Assembly: GCA_963755025.1 (NCBI GenBank)
Contig: CAVWIH010000034.1
Location: 32,001 to 96,000 of the forward strand
Origin: an uncultured Actinomycetes bacterium
Lineage (GTDB): Bacteria > Actinomycetota > Thermoleophilia > UBA2241
DNA length: 64,000 bases
Direction: 5' to 3'
Position 1 is the first letter of the stretch. Each line of letters starts with the position of its first letter. Positions 47,636 to 59,946 of the stretch are shown piece by piece. Below the pieces are notes generated by a model that had not been told where the DNA came from, did no database searches, and saw only the letters and a program-made list of their open reading frames with translations. A program made the translations under genes and the position numbers.

Positions 47636-48309
47636 AGATCCAGGTCAAAGGTCGTCACGTGGTCGTTACCGAGCCGCTGCGCGACTACGCCGAGGAGAAG
47701 CTCGCCAAGCTGCATCGCCAGCTGAGCGAGCGTCACATCGACGAAGTCACCCGCGTCGAGCTCGAGCTCATCGTCGAGAAAGGCCACAACAGTGCCGACT
47801 CGCAGGTCGCCGAAGCGACGGTGTTCACACGAGGGCCGGTCATGCGCGCCCGCGAGTCGTCGCCCGATATGTACGCCTCGATCGACCTCGTGACCGAAAA
47901 GCTCCAACGACAGGCCAAAAAGTATCACGACAAGGTCCACCACAAGGCGCTGCGGCACACCGCGGCCAAAGCGGTCGCGCCGCTCGGCGGCCCCCGCGGC
48001 ATCGAGCTCGGCGAGCGGCCGGCCGACGCCGGCGAGGCAGCCGACACGGGCGAACCGCGTCCGGCGCCGGCGCCGCTCACCCTGGCCCCCGAGCCGACCG
48101 ACAACGGCGGCAACAACCACGACGACGCGCGCGTGGTCAAGAGCAAGCAGTTCGCCCTGAAGCCCATGTCGGTCGACGAAGCCACGCTGCAGCTCGAGCT
48201 GATCGGCCACAGCTTCTTCGTGTTCACCAACGCCGAGAGCGGCGACACCAACGTCGTCTACCGGCGCAACGACGGCGACTACGGCCTGATCGAGCCCATC
48301 CGCCAGTAG
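47632..48309 (+). CDS. hpf: long ribosome hibernation promoting factor
   Basis: MKIQVKGRH, DMYASID, KPMSVDEA..QLEL.GH.FF, VVYRRNDG.YGLI. Confidence 0.93.
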   Translation: MKIQVKGRHVVVTEPLRDYAEEKLAKLHRQLSERHIDEVTRVELELIVEKGHNSADSQVAEATVFTRGPVMRARESSPDMYASIDLVTEKLQRQAKKYHDKVHHKALRHTAAKAVAPLGGPRGIELGERPADAGEAADTGEPRPAPAPLTLAPEPTDNGGNNHDDARVVKSKQFALKPMSVDEATLQLELIGHSFFVFTNAESGDTNVVYRRNDGDYGLIEPIRQ

Positions 48310-48484
48310 CCGCCGGCGGTCAGGCCGGCGCCGCGCCGGGCCGTCGCAGGGCCCGTACGCGGTGCGTCGGCGCGCCTTGCGCATTCGCCCAGGTCGATCG
48401 GCCTATAGGGTAATCTTGAGCGTGCGCGAACATGGTAACGACCAGGACGACAGGTAACGACCAAGAGGATCGGTAAAAGAGCTC

Positions 48485-51139
<2,655 letters not shown>

Positions 51140-51162
51140 GCGCTTCGCTTGCCCCGTCAAAT

Positions 51163-51292
51163 GCCGTCGCTGCCGCCTGAGGCGGCAGGTCGCTCATTCC
51201 ATGGCGCCTGGGCAAGCCGGCAGGCAAGCTTTGCTTGCCTGCCGTGGCGCCATGGAACGCCGTCGCTCTCGCCTGACGGCGAGAGGGCGCTC
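51163..51292. repeat. REP/BIME-like structured repeat cluster
   Basis: Two units GCCGTCGC-stem-TGA(C)-stem-GG(T/G)CGCTC (51163-51195, 51259-51292) flank a long hairpin at 51197-51257. Confidence 0.55.
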
Positions 51293-51360
51293 GTTTCACT
51301 CCCGCTGCGACCCTAGAGCCTTCTCCGCCTGCGGCTGGGGCCTGGTTCGGCAGCCCTAGA

Positions 51361-52504
51361 GTGTCCTATCCCCGAGTAGTACCGACACTCGGAGCTTTCT
51401 TGCTTCTCTTGTCTCACTGAGGTGGGGCGGCGCATCCTTTCTGCAAGGAACTGCCAGGTTCTCGCAGAAGGAGCGCCGCCCCATGACCAATGATGATGTC
51501 CTTTTCGCCTACCGTCTACGTGTGCTTGCCAGCGCCCGGGAGCTGGGATCGGTGGCCGCGGCCTGCCGCGTGCACGGCATCCACCGCTCGACCTTCTACC
51601 GCTGGAAGGGCGCCGTCGACCGCTTCGGGCTGGAGATCCTGCGACCGCGCGAACGCCGCCGCCCGCAGATGCCCAACGCCATCCCGGTCTTAGTCGAGCA
51701 GCGCATCGTCGCCTTCGCCCTGGGCTACCCGGGCTACGGACCGGCCCGAATCGCCTCCGAGCTGGCGCGCGCCAAGCACGGCGGCTTTACGGTCTCGCCC
51801 AACGGCGTGTGGCGCGTGCTGCGCCGCCATGGCCTGCACACCCGCGCCCTGCGCAACGCCCTGCTGGCCGGTTATGCGGCGCCGCCCGCACCGGCCCGCG
51901 AGCCCGCCCCGGAGCGCCACATCGCAGTCGACCACCCCGGCGAGCTCGTGCAGATGGACTGCTTTTGCATCGGGCGCCTGGCCGGCACCAAGGGCGTGGT
52001 GTGGCAGTACAGCGCGATCGACGCAGCCTCCTCTTTCACCTGGGCCGAGCTGCACACGACACCCAGAAACCCCGACGTGCGCTTCTGCTCGCACCCGGCG
52101 CACCGCGTGGCCGGCGATCTGCGCAACGCCGGCTGGCGCCTGGAGCGCGTGAGCACCGACAACGGCTCGGAGTTTCGCAACCACGCCTTCGACGCCACCC
52201 TCGAGCGCCTCGGAGCCGGCCACACGCTGATCAGCCCGGGGCGCCCGCAGTCGAACGGCTTCGTGGAACGTGTGCAGCGCACCATCTTGGAGGAGTGCTG
52301 GAAGCCCTCCTTCGCGCGCTACCTGGTGCCCAAGTACATGGGGCTGCGCCGCGAGCTTGAGCGCTACCTCGAGCTCTACAACTACGACCGCACGCACAAC
52401 GGGCGCCTGACTCGTGGTCGGACGCCCGCTGAGGTGTTCGGTGCCGCTAAGATGTTCGAGTAGTGGCAGACGGGATGCGTCGCTACATCTTGGGGTCAGT
52501 ACAA
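51361..52504 (+). mobile_element. IS481 family insertion sequence
   Basis: TGT...ACA ends, imperfect TIRs (19/27 match by hand), CCTAGA direct repeats at 51355-51360 and 52505-52510 (NCTAGN target). Confidence 0.9.
51483..52463 (+). CDS. IS481 family DDE transposase
   Basis: HTH (GIHRSTFYRW), PGELVQMD, STDNGSEF, PQSNGFVER, YNYDRTH. Confidence 0.92.
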   Translation: MTNDDVLFAYRLRVLASARELGSVAAACRVHGIHRSTFYRWKGAVDRFGLEILRPRERRRPQMPNAIPVLVEQRIVAFALGYPGYGPARIASELARAKHGGFTVSPNGVWRVLRRHGLHTRALRNALLAGYAAPPAPAREPAPERHIAVDHPGELVQMDCFCIGRLAGTKGVVWQYSAIDAASSFTWAELHTTPRNPDVRFCSHPAHRVAGDLRNAGWRLERVSTDNGSEFRNHAFDATLERLGAGHTLISPGRPQSNGFVERVQRTILEECWKPSFARYLVPKYMGLRRELERYLELYNYDRTHNGRLTRGRTPAEVFGAAKMFE

Positions 52505-52586
52505 CCTAGAGCGTCGTACCTGCTCATCAACTCGCGCGCCGCGCTCCCCCGCGACGGCGAGGCTGAGTAGGGTATACTTTCTCACC

Positions 52587-53745
52587 ATGACGATGACCGT
52601 ACCCGAAGCCCTCGAACACCTAGACTCGCTCCGCGAGCGGCTGCACGGCGCCTCAGAGCGCCTCAGTTGGCTGCGGAGCTATCTTTGACCCCCCTCGCCT
52701 GACTGCCGACATCGAGGCGCTCGAAGAGCGCATGCGGGCCCCCGACTTCTGGGACGACGCCGAGTCGGCGCAGACCACGTCGGCCACCTATAGCCGACTC
52801 AAGCGCCGCTTCGACGACTTTGCCGCGCTCGAAGCCGGCTTTGGCGACCTCGAGACCACCGAAGAGATGATCCGCGAGGAGCTCGCCGCCGACGAGGTCG
52901 ACGAGCCGCTCTTCGCCGAGCTCGGCCAGGGCGTGGCGGCCCTCGAGCGCGAGCTCGAGCACGGCGAGGAACAGCGCTTCTTCAGCGGCCGCTACGACGA
53001 AGGCGGCGCCGTGATGACCATCCACCCGGGCGCCGGCGGCACCGAGTCGCAGGACTGGGCGGCCATGCTGTTCCGCATGTACCTGCGCTGGTTCGAGAAC
53101 CGCGGCTTCAAGGTCGAGGTCAACGACACCCAGGAGGGTGGCGAGGCCGGCATCACGAGCGCGACCATCTCGGTCGAGGGCGAGAACGCCTACGGCCTGC
53201 TGGCCTCAGAGAAGGGCGTGCACCGGCTGGTGCGCATGAGCCCCTTCGACTCGGCCAACCGCCGCCACACGAGCTTCGCCGCGGTCGAGGTCAGCCCCCT
53301 GGTCAGCGACGACGTCGAGATCGACATCGACGAAGACGACCTGCGGGTCGACACCTACCGCTCCAGCGGCGCCGGCGGCCAGCACGTCAACAAGACGAGC
53401 TCGGCGGTGCGCATCACGCACATCCCCACGAACATCGTGGTGCAGTGCCAGAACGAGCGCTCGCAGCTGTCGAACCGCGCGACCGCCATGCGCATGCTCA
53501 AGAGCCGCCTGATCGAGCTCGAGGAGCGCAAGCGCGCCGAGGAGCTCGCCCGCGAGCGCGGCCAGCAGCTCGACGTGAACTTCGGCTCGCAGATCCGCAG
53601 CTACGTGCTGCACCCCTACCAGATGGTCAAAGACCTGCGCACCGACCACGAGACCGGCAACACCCAGGCCGTGCTCGACGGCGACCTCGACCCGTTCGTG
53701 CACTCGTTCCTCATGTGGCGCGCCGGCAACGACCACCGCGGGTGA
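52587..53745 (+). CDS. prfB: peptide chain release factor 2 with programmed +1 frameshift at CTT TGA C (52683-52689)
   Basis: SPF and GAGGQH motifs; upstream 33-codon ORF ends CGGAGC TAT CTT TGA C and continues in the +1 frame. Confidence 0.96.
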
Positions 53746-53776
53746 TCGCGGCGAGCACGCGCCGCCGCTCCTTGCC

Positions 53777-54286
53777 GTGAACCAGCCCGACGACACGCCC
53801 ACGCTGCGCGGCGCGCGCGTCGTGTTACGCCCCCTCACCGAGGCCGACGCCCCGATCATGCTCGCCATGCTGAGCGAGCCCGGCGTCGCCACCTGGTGGC
53901 GGCGCTCCGAGTGGGACCAGCTGACCGAAGACGGCGCGACCGTCTTTGCCGTCATGGTCGGCGAGGCCATCGCCGGCTGCATCCAGTTCGCCGAAGAGAC
54001 CGACCCCGACTACCACAGCGCCTCCATCGACATCTTCATGGGCGACGCCTGGCAGGACCGCGGCCTGGGCACCGAGGCCATGCGCACACTCATCGACTAC
54101 CTCATCGGGCAGCGCGGCCACCACCGCATCACGGTCGATCCGGCGGCCGCCAACGCGCGCGCCATCCGCGTTTACGAGCGCCTCGGGTTCGCCCCGGTCG
54201 GCGTCATGCGCGCCTACGAGCGCGTAGCCGAGGGTACCTGGCGCGACGCCCTGCTCATGGAGCGTATCGAGCCCGAGCGGGGCTGA
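53777..54286 (+). CDS. GNAT acetyltransferase (AAC(6')-like/RimJ-RimL type)
   Basis: RGLGTEA, DPAAANARAIRVYERLGF. Confidence 0.8.
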   Translation: MNQPDDTPTLRGARVVLRPLTEADAPIMLAMLSEPGVATWWRRSEWDQLTEDGATVFAVMVGEAIAGCIQFAEETDPDYHSASIDIFMGDAWQDRGLGTEAMRTLIDYLIGQRGHHRITVDPAAANARAIRVYERLGFAPVGVMRAYERVAEGTWRDALLMERIEPERG

Positions 54287-54296
54287 CCGGGCGCCA

Positions 54297-54881
54297 TCAG
54301 GTTTCGACGGCGCCCATGACGAGCGGGGTGAGGCGAGCCTCGACGACGTCGAGGCTCGCCTCACGATCGAACACCAGCCAGTCGAGCGCCGCGGTGGCGA
54401 TCATGCCGAACAGGGTCGAGGCCGTGCTCTGCACGTCTAGTTCGGCGCGGAACTCGCCGGTCGCCACGCCGCGGGCGAGCACGCCGGCGAAGACGGCGAC
54501 GTACTCCTCGCGCAGGGTGCGCAGGTTGTCGCGCCAGTCGCGGTCGGCGCGCCACATCTCCGACATCACGAGCTTCGAGAAGGCCTGGTAGCGCTCGATG
54601 TAGACGAGCTCGGCGTGGACGAGGGCGCGCAGGGCGGCTGCGCCGCCCTGCGCGCCCTCGAGTTCGCTGCGAAACGAAGCCGCCAGGCGGCGCAGGCCGT
54701 CGTCGAGCAGGGCCGAGACGAGCTCGGACTTGCTGCGGAAGTGGTAGTACACCGTGCCCTTAGCCACCCCCGCGCGCTCCACGATGTCGTCGACCGTGGC
54801 GCCCGCGTAGCCGCGCTCGCCGAACAGCTCGATGGCCGCCGTGAAGAGGCGGTCGAGGGTCCCGCTGCGGGCCTGCGGCAT
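54297..54881 (-). CDS. TetR family transcriptional regulator
   Basis: ATVDDIVERAGVAKGTVYYHFRSK HTH; ATG 54881 after gaaggga. Confidence 0.92.
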   Translation of the reverse strand: MPQARSGTLDRLFTAAIELFGERGYAGATVDDIVERAGVAKGTVYYHFRSKSELVSALLDDGLRRLAASFRSELEGAQGGAAALRALVHAELVYIERYQAFSKLVMSEMWRADRDWRDNLRTLREEYVAVFAGVLARGVATGEFRAELDVQSTASTLFGMIATAALDWLVFDREASLDVVEARLTPLVMGAVET

Positions 54882-55009
54882 GGTGGTCCGTCCCTTCGCT
54901 TCGGTTGTGCTGCGCCGTACGGTCACGGCATCGTCGTCGCGCCGCCGCGAGGTCGTCACCGACAATGCCGCGCCGCCGTCAAGAACGATGCCGCGCCGCC
55001 GCGAAGCCG

Positions 55010-57248
55010 TCACGACATCGTGATGATGGGCTTGAGGCGGTCCATCGTCCAGGTCCGCCTGCGGTGCGCGGTCAGTATAGTCGCACACACGGCGAGCGCG
55101 GCGAAGCCGAGCAGCACGGCGGCGTCGAGCGCCAGGGCGCGCAGGTCACCGCCCGAGATCGCCTGGCGCAGGCCCGAGACCACGTAGGTCATGGGCAGCC
55201 AGGGGTTGATGATCTGGAAGAAGCGCGGCACGGTCTGCATGGGGAACGTGCCGCCCGACGAGGTGAGCTGCAACATGAGCAGCACGATGGCGGCGAACTT
55301 GCCGGCCGTGCCCAGGGCGGCCGACAGAAACTGCAGGATGGCCGTGAAGGCAAAGGCGGCGACGAGCACGAAGCCCAGCAGCGCCAGCGGTTCGACCGGG
55401 TGCAGCCCCAGAGTGAAGCGCAGCACCGCCACGAGCACGATCGCCTGCACCGCCGTCAGGGCGGCGCCGGGCCACAGGCCGGCGAGGGCCACCTGGGTGT
55501 CGGGCAGGGTCGAGGCCAGGGCGCGGCTGCTCAGCGGCCGCACGATGAAGTAGGTCATGAGCGCCCCTACCCAGAGCGCCAGAGGGATGAAGTAAGGCGC
55601 GAAGCCTGTACCGTAATTGGGCACCGGGTCGACGCGCGTGGTGTGCAGCTGCACGGGATCGCTCATGATCGCGGCGTGCGTGCACGCGCTGCGCGGCGCT
55701 GTAGGCGGTCATCGCGGCCGCCCCCTCGGCGAGGCTGCGGGTCAGCGTGCTGCCGCCGGCGTGGGCCTGGGCGAGGCCGCTCGTGAGCTTGGTACCGCCG
55801 GCCTCGAGGCGGTCGAGCCCCAGAACGAGGGCGCCGCCGCCGCTCGCCGCCTGCGCGGCGCCGCCGGCGGCCTTGGCGGCGCCGCCGGCCAGCGTGCGTG
55901 CCCCGCTGGCCAGGGCGCCGGCGCCGGCGCTCCCCCGGCTCACGCCGGACTGCAGCGCGCCGGCGCCCTGGGCGAGCGCGCTCGCCCCGCCGGCCACCGT
56001 CTGCGCACCCGAGTGGGCCTGGGTGACCGCCGCCTCGTAGGTGGCGAGCGAGCCGGCGAGCTGCGCGCCGCCGCTGTCGAGCTGGGCGGCGCCCGCCTCG
56101 AGTTGCTGAAGCTGGGGCGTGGCGGCCGCGAGGCCGCTGTGCAGCTGCGAGAGGCCGTCGGCTACCTGGCCGGCGGCGCCCGCGGCGGTCTGCAGGTCAC
56201 CGAGGTCGGCGGCGTCGGGGTGCGCGGCGATGTAGGCGGCCAGCGCCTCCTGTACCTGGCCGGCGGCGCCGGAAAGCGTGCCGGCCGAGTCGGCGGCGGT
56301 CGCCGTCTGGGCGGCCGCCGCCGTCAGTCCGGCGTGCACCTGGCTGGCTCCCGCAGCGAGGGTGGTCGCTGCGCCGTGGAGCTGCGTGGCGCCGCTCGCC
56401 AGGCTGTCGAGCCCGCTCGCCAGGGCGCCGGCGCCGCTTGCCAGGCTGTGACTGCCGGCGCTCACGGCGCGCGCCCCGGCGGCGGCGCTGGTGAGGCCGC
56501 CCGACAGCCGGCTCGCGCCGCTCGCCAAGGCGCCGGCGCCGCTCGCCAGAGAGTGTGTGCCGCTCGTCAGGCTGATGAGCCCCGAAGAGAGCGTGCGCGA
56601 TCCCGTGGCCGCCGTGGTGATGCCGCTCGCAAGGCTCGACGAGCCCGAGGTGGCGCGGCCCAGGGCCACCGTCAGGTGGTCGGCGCCGCCGGCCGCCTTG
56701 TTGGTGCCCCGCTTCACGTCGGCCAGGCCGACGAAGATGTGCGACAGGTAACCTTTGGCCGTGACGGCCGACAGCGAGGCGCGCAGCTCCACGAAGATGC
56801 GCCCGCCGATCTGCGTGGCGAGCAGGTTGTGGGCCTCGTTGGCCTGCACCTGCAGCGTGGCGGCCTGGGGCTTGGCGCTCGACGCCGAGGCCACGTGCGC
56901 GCTGAAGTCGGCGGGCACCGTGAGGGTCATGGCGTAGCGGCCGCTGCGCAGCCCGGAACGCGCCTGGGCGGCCGAGGTCGGCAGCCACTCGAACGACTTG
57001 TCGGTGCGCAGCTGGCGCATGAGGTCGGCGCCCACGTGCACCGTGCCGCCGGCGGAGCGCACCGGCTGATCCAAGTTGACGACCGCGACCGGCAGCTTGT
57101 CGAGGCGCGAGTAGGGGTCCCAGAACGCCCAGAGGTAGAGGACGGCGTAGAGCAGCGGCACGACGCAGACGACCCCGGCGGCAATGCGGAAGGCTCGCGC
57201 CGAAAGGAGCCGCTTGAGCTCTGATTGAGCGAGCCTAAACGAGCGCAC
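55010..57248 (-). CDS. YhgE/Pip family membrane protein (frameshift near 55680)
   Basis: PLLYAVLYLWAFWDPY..L..LPVAVVNLD, LxxGAxx heptad repeats, NYGTGFAPYFIPLALWVG, QLTSSGGTFP. Confidence 0.88.
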
Positions 57249-58068
57249 GATCGGCCTCCTTGCGGGGCGTGGGGAGTGGGGTGGCGAGAGACGTGGCGGT
57301 CGCCGCCGGCCTGCGGCCGGCCGCGGCGGTTTCTGTCGCAACGCTTGCGAGAGCGTCGACGGTGTCCGAGACGGCGCCGACCGGGCCGGCCGCGGGCCGG
57401 CCGTCGGCGTCGAGCCAGAGCACGACGTCGGCGTGGGCGGCGAGGCTCGGGTCGAGGCTGCCGGCGACGACCGTCAGTCCACCGCTCGCGAGCTCGCGCA
57501 GCCGCGCCAGGGCGATCTCGTGGTCGGCGGGCGTGAGGTCTTCGTGGACGTCGTCGACCACCAGCACGGGCGGCCGGCCGATCAGCGCCAGCGCGACGCC
57601 CAGCAGCAGCCGGTCGGCGGCGTGCAGGTCGCCGACCTTGACGCGCGCGTCGAGCTCGAGGCCGACGGGGGCGAGCGCCAGCGCGACGTCGGCGCGCGAG
57701 CGGCGCTTGCCGTGCAGAGCGAGCTCGGCCTTTACCTGGTCGCCTACCGTGAGGGTGGCGTCGAGCTCGTTGACGCCGGCGGTCTCGCCGAGGCCCACGA
57801 GGCGGCGGGCGCGCTGCGGCTGGGCGGCTGCGTCGCAGTCGCCCAGCCGCAGCGCGCCCGCGCTCGGCCGCATGCGCGCCGCCAGGGTGAGCAGCAGCGC
57901 CGTCTTGCCACAGCCGGCCGGTCCGCTGACGAGCGCCACCGAGCCCGGAGGCACGTCGAGGTCGACATCGCGGTACACCCAGCCGCTCGAAGTGAGCAGG
58001 CCAAGGCCACTGGCTGCGATCCCTCGCCGCTCGTCCCCGATCCCCCGTTGCTCGTCTGGCGTGGTCAC
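57235..58068 (-). CDS. ABC-type ATP-binding protein, degenerate signature
   Basis: Walker A GPAGCGKT, Walker B VLVVDD; LSGGQ replaced by LHAAD. Confidence 0.75.
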   Translation of the reverse strand: MTTPDEQRGIGDERRGIAASGLGLLTSSGWVYRDVDLDVPPGSVALVSGPAGCGKTALLLTLAARMRPSAGALRLGDCDAAAQPQRARRLVGLGETAGVNELDATLTVGDQVKAELALHGKRRSRADVALALAPVGLELDARVKVGDLHAADRLLLGVALALIGRPPVLVVDDVHEDLTPADHEIALARLRELASGGLTVVAGSLDPSLAAHADVVLWLDADGRPAAGPVGAVSDTVDALASVATETAAAGRRPAATATSLATPLPTPRKEADRALV

Positions 58069-58096
58069 ACGGCACCTCCCGGTCCGGTCGTCATGA

Positions 58097-58136
58097 ACTG
58101 ACTAGTCAGTATAAATCGAGATTGGAGCTTGCGCAA
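58097..58136 (-). promoter_or_regulatory. promoter and TetR-type operator of the ABC-Pip-TetR operon
   Basis: Minus strand TTGCGC-17 nt-TATACT; perfect 14-bp palindrome actgactagtcagt (58097-58110) overlapping -10/TSS. Confidence 0.7.
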
Positions 58137-58321
58137 CCGTGGGGGAGGAGGGTTTCGGACAACCGCCAGCCACTGCCGGACCCCGAGGCGCGGAGGCGCC
58201 CGCGGCGCTCCAGTTGCCGGGGCGTCGACGCAGCGCCGGGCGCGCTCTTGGGTCCGGCGCGCGCACCTACGGCTGTACGGCTGGCAGGCCGCCGGAGGTC
58301 TGCTATAATCCCTACTCTCGT

Positions 58322-58398
58322 GGGCGACTAGCTCAGTTGCGTAGAGCGCCAGCTCGACAAGCTGGAGGTCGTTGGTTCAATTCCAACGTCGCCCACCA
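58322..58398 (+). tRNA. tRNA-Val(GAC)
   Basis: Cloverleaf: GGGCGAC/GTCGCCC acceptor, CCAGC-TC-GAC-AA-GCTGG anticodon arm, GTTGG-TTCAATT-CCAAC, encoded CCA; TGCTATAAT promoter upstream. Confidence 0.92.
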
Positions 58399-58504
58399 TT
58401 CTTACTCTCGACACCTGACCCCGGGATCGTCGGAGTGCACCGAAACGCCGTTTACGATTCTGCGCGGCCACGTTCGCGTTCCGGGCGATCGGCGCCCGAG
58501 TCTC

Positions 58505-58936
58505 CTACCTGCCGACGGTAAAGTTGCCTGAGGCGATCAGGTTCTTGGCCACCAGGTCGCGAGCGGGGAACTGGAGGTACTTGGTCGCGCGGGTCGCTTC
58601 GGCGTAGACGAAGTACCGGTAGCCGCCGGGATGCAGGTCCTTGAACCAGTCGAACGCCGTCCCACCGCCGGCGCCGTCCTGAAGCAGCGTGCAGCCCCAG
58701 AGCTTGCGGTGGCCGTCGGGGAAGCGGAGGACCGTGGCCGCCAGGCCTATGCCGCTGCCGTGCGACGCGATGGTGATCGAGTCGCGCCGATTCGCCTCGA
58801 ACGTGACGCTGACGCGAGGCAGATGAAGAGAAGAGGCGCAGGACGCTGTACCGGCGAGTACGGCTGCTGCGGCGACCACGGCGACCAAACGTCTCAGATG
58901 CAACGTCCCTCCCGTGAGACTCACCCCTTGCACCAT
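58505..58936 (-). CDS. hypothetical lipoprotein
   Basis: RR + hydrophobic stretch + lipobox-like TASC; beta-rich body. Confidence 0.5.
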   Translation of the reverse strand: MVQGVSLTGGTLHLRRLVAVVAAAAVLAGTASCASSLHLPRVSVTFEANRRDSITIASHGSGIGLAATVLRFPDGHRKLWGCTLLQDGAGGGTAFDWFKDLHPGGYRYFVYAEATRATKYLQFPARDLVAKNLIASGNFTVGR

Positions 58937-59105
58937 CTTGCGAGAGATATCCTACTACCATCACCAGAGTCGTGCCGGCCGGCCGCCAGCCCGCATGGCT
59001 GGGACCTGGCCATTCAGGTGCGGCCCGACCCGTGCCGATACTCATCCCGCGTACGGGGCATCGCAGGCCAGCCCCTTGACCGGCCCGCCCACCCGGGGGA
59101 CCACG

Positions 59106-59810
59106 GTGAAGATCACAGAACAGAGCGACTCGAAGATGGTGGCGCTGCGCTCGCCCTACAGCCAGATGGCCATGGGCGCGGTCTTCATCGCCGGCGGGGT
59201 CTGCGTGATGGTCACCGCCTACCGGCACAGCTCGGTCGTGGCGATGCTCGTCTGCCTGGCCCTCGCCCTGTTCGGCGTCTACGAGATCCTCACCGCAAAG
59301 CGCGTCACCCTGGTCGCCGACCTGTCGTCGGCCACGGTGTCGGCCGCCTGGCGTTCGCTGCTGGGCTCCGGCGAGCGGTCGGCCGGCATCGCCGACGTCG
59401 ACCGCATCACCTACCGCGAGTTCACCTCGACGGAGCGCACGACCCGTGGTCCGCGCACGACGCGGCAGGACACCTCCATGCTCGTCCTCAAAGACGGCAC
59501 GAGCTTCCTGCTCGACAAGGAACAGACGTCGGTCCGCGGCTGGTTCCAGACTCTGGGGAACTCGAGCGACGAAGGGGTCGACAGGGCGCTCTCCGATCTC
59601 ATCGGCGTGCCGTTCGCCTCCAATGGGATCACGCACACGCCACTCACGGCGCCGTCAGCCGCGCTCGGCTCCGAGCAGGTGCAGACGCAAGCGCTCACGC
59701 CTCCTGCACCCGCGGCGTCTCCACTGGCGTCGCCGGCCGCGCCGCTCACCGGGCCGGGCTCCTCTCCGTATTGGAACTCCACGCCGCCACCGTGGGCGCG
59801 CTCGAAGTAG
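59106..59810 (+). CDS. hypothetical membrane protein (2 TM, PH-like domain, Pro-rich tail)
   Basis: GTG after ggggga; two hydrophobic helices; GC3-biased codons. Confidence 0.65.
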   Translation: MKITEQSDSKMVALRSPYSQMAMGAVFIAGGVCVMVTAYRHSSVVAMLVCLALALFGVYEILTAKRVTLVADLSSATVSAAWRSLLGSGERSAGIADVDRITYREFTSTERTTRGPRTTRQDTSMLVLKDGTSFLLDKEQTSVRGWFQTLGNSSDEGVDRALSDLIGVPFASNGITHTPLTAPSAALGSEQVQTQALTPPAPAASPLASPAAPLTGPGSSPYWNSTPPPWARSK

Positions 59811-59946
59811 CTCGCCGCGGCGGCAGCCCCGGTCCTGTTGTCGGAGATCGGGTCGCCGACCGCGTCCGCGCCGGGCTCGCCGCCCCAGCCCGCAGTTGTA
59901 TGATTCTCGGTGGCAGGTGACCGTGTCGTCGAGCGCAGGAGCAGGC

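Noticed and set aside
51163-51360. CRISPR array
   Set aside because: Only two divergent units, a structured spacer and no cas genes.
53777-54286. Acquired aminoglycoside resistance gene
   Set aside because: Chromosomal GNAT in host codon style, no cassette or attC context; activity cannot be inferred.
55740-56700. Periodic DNA repeats in the yhgE/pip gene
   Set aside because: Normal LxxGAxx heptad repeats of this protein family.
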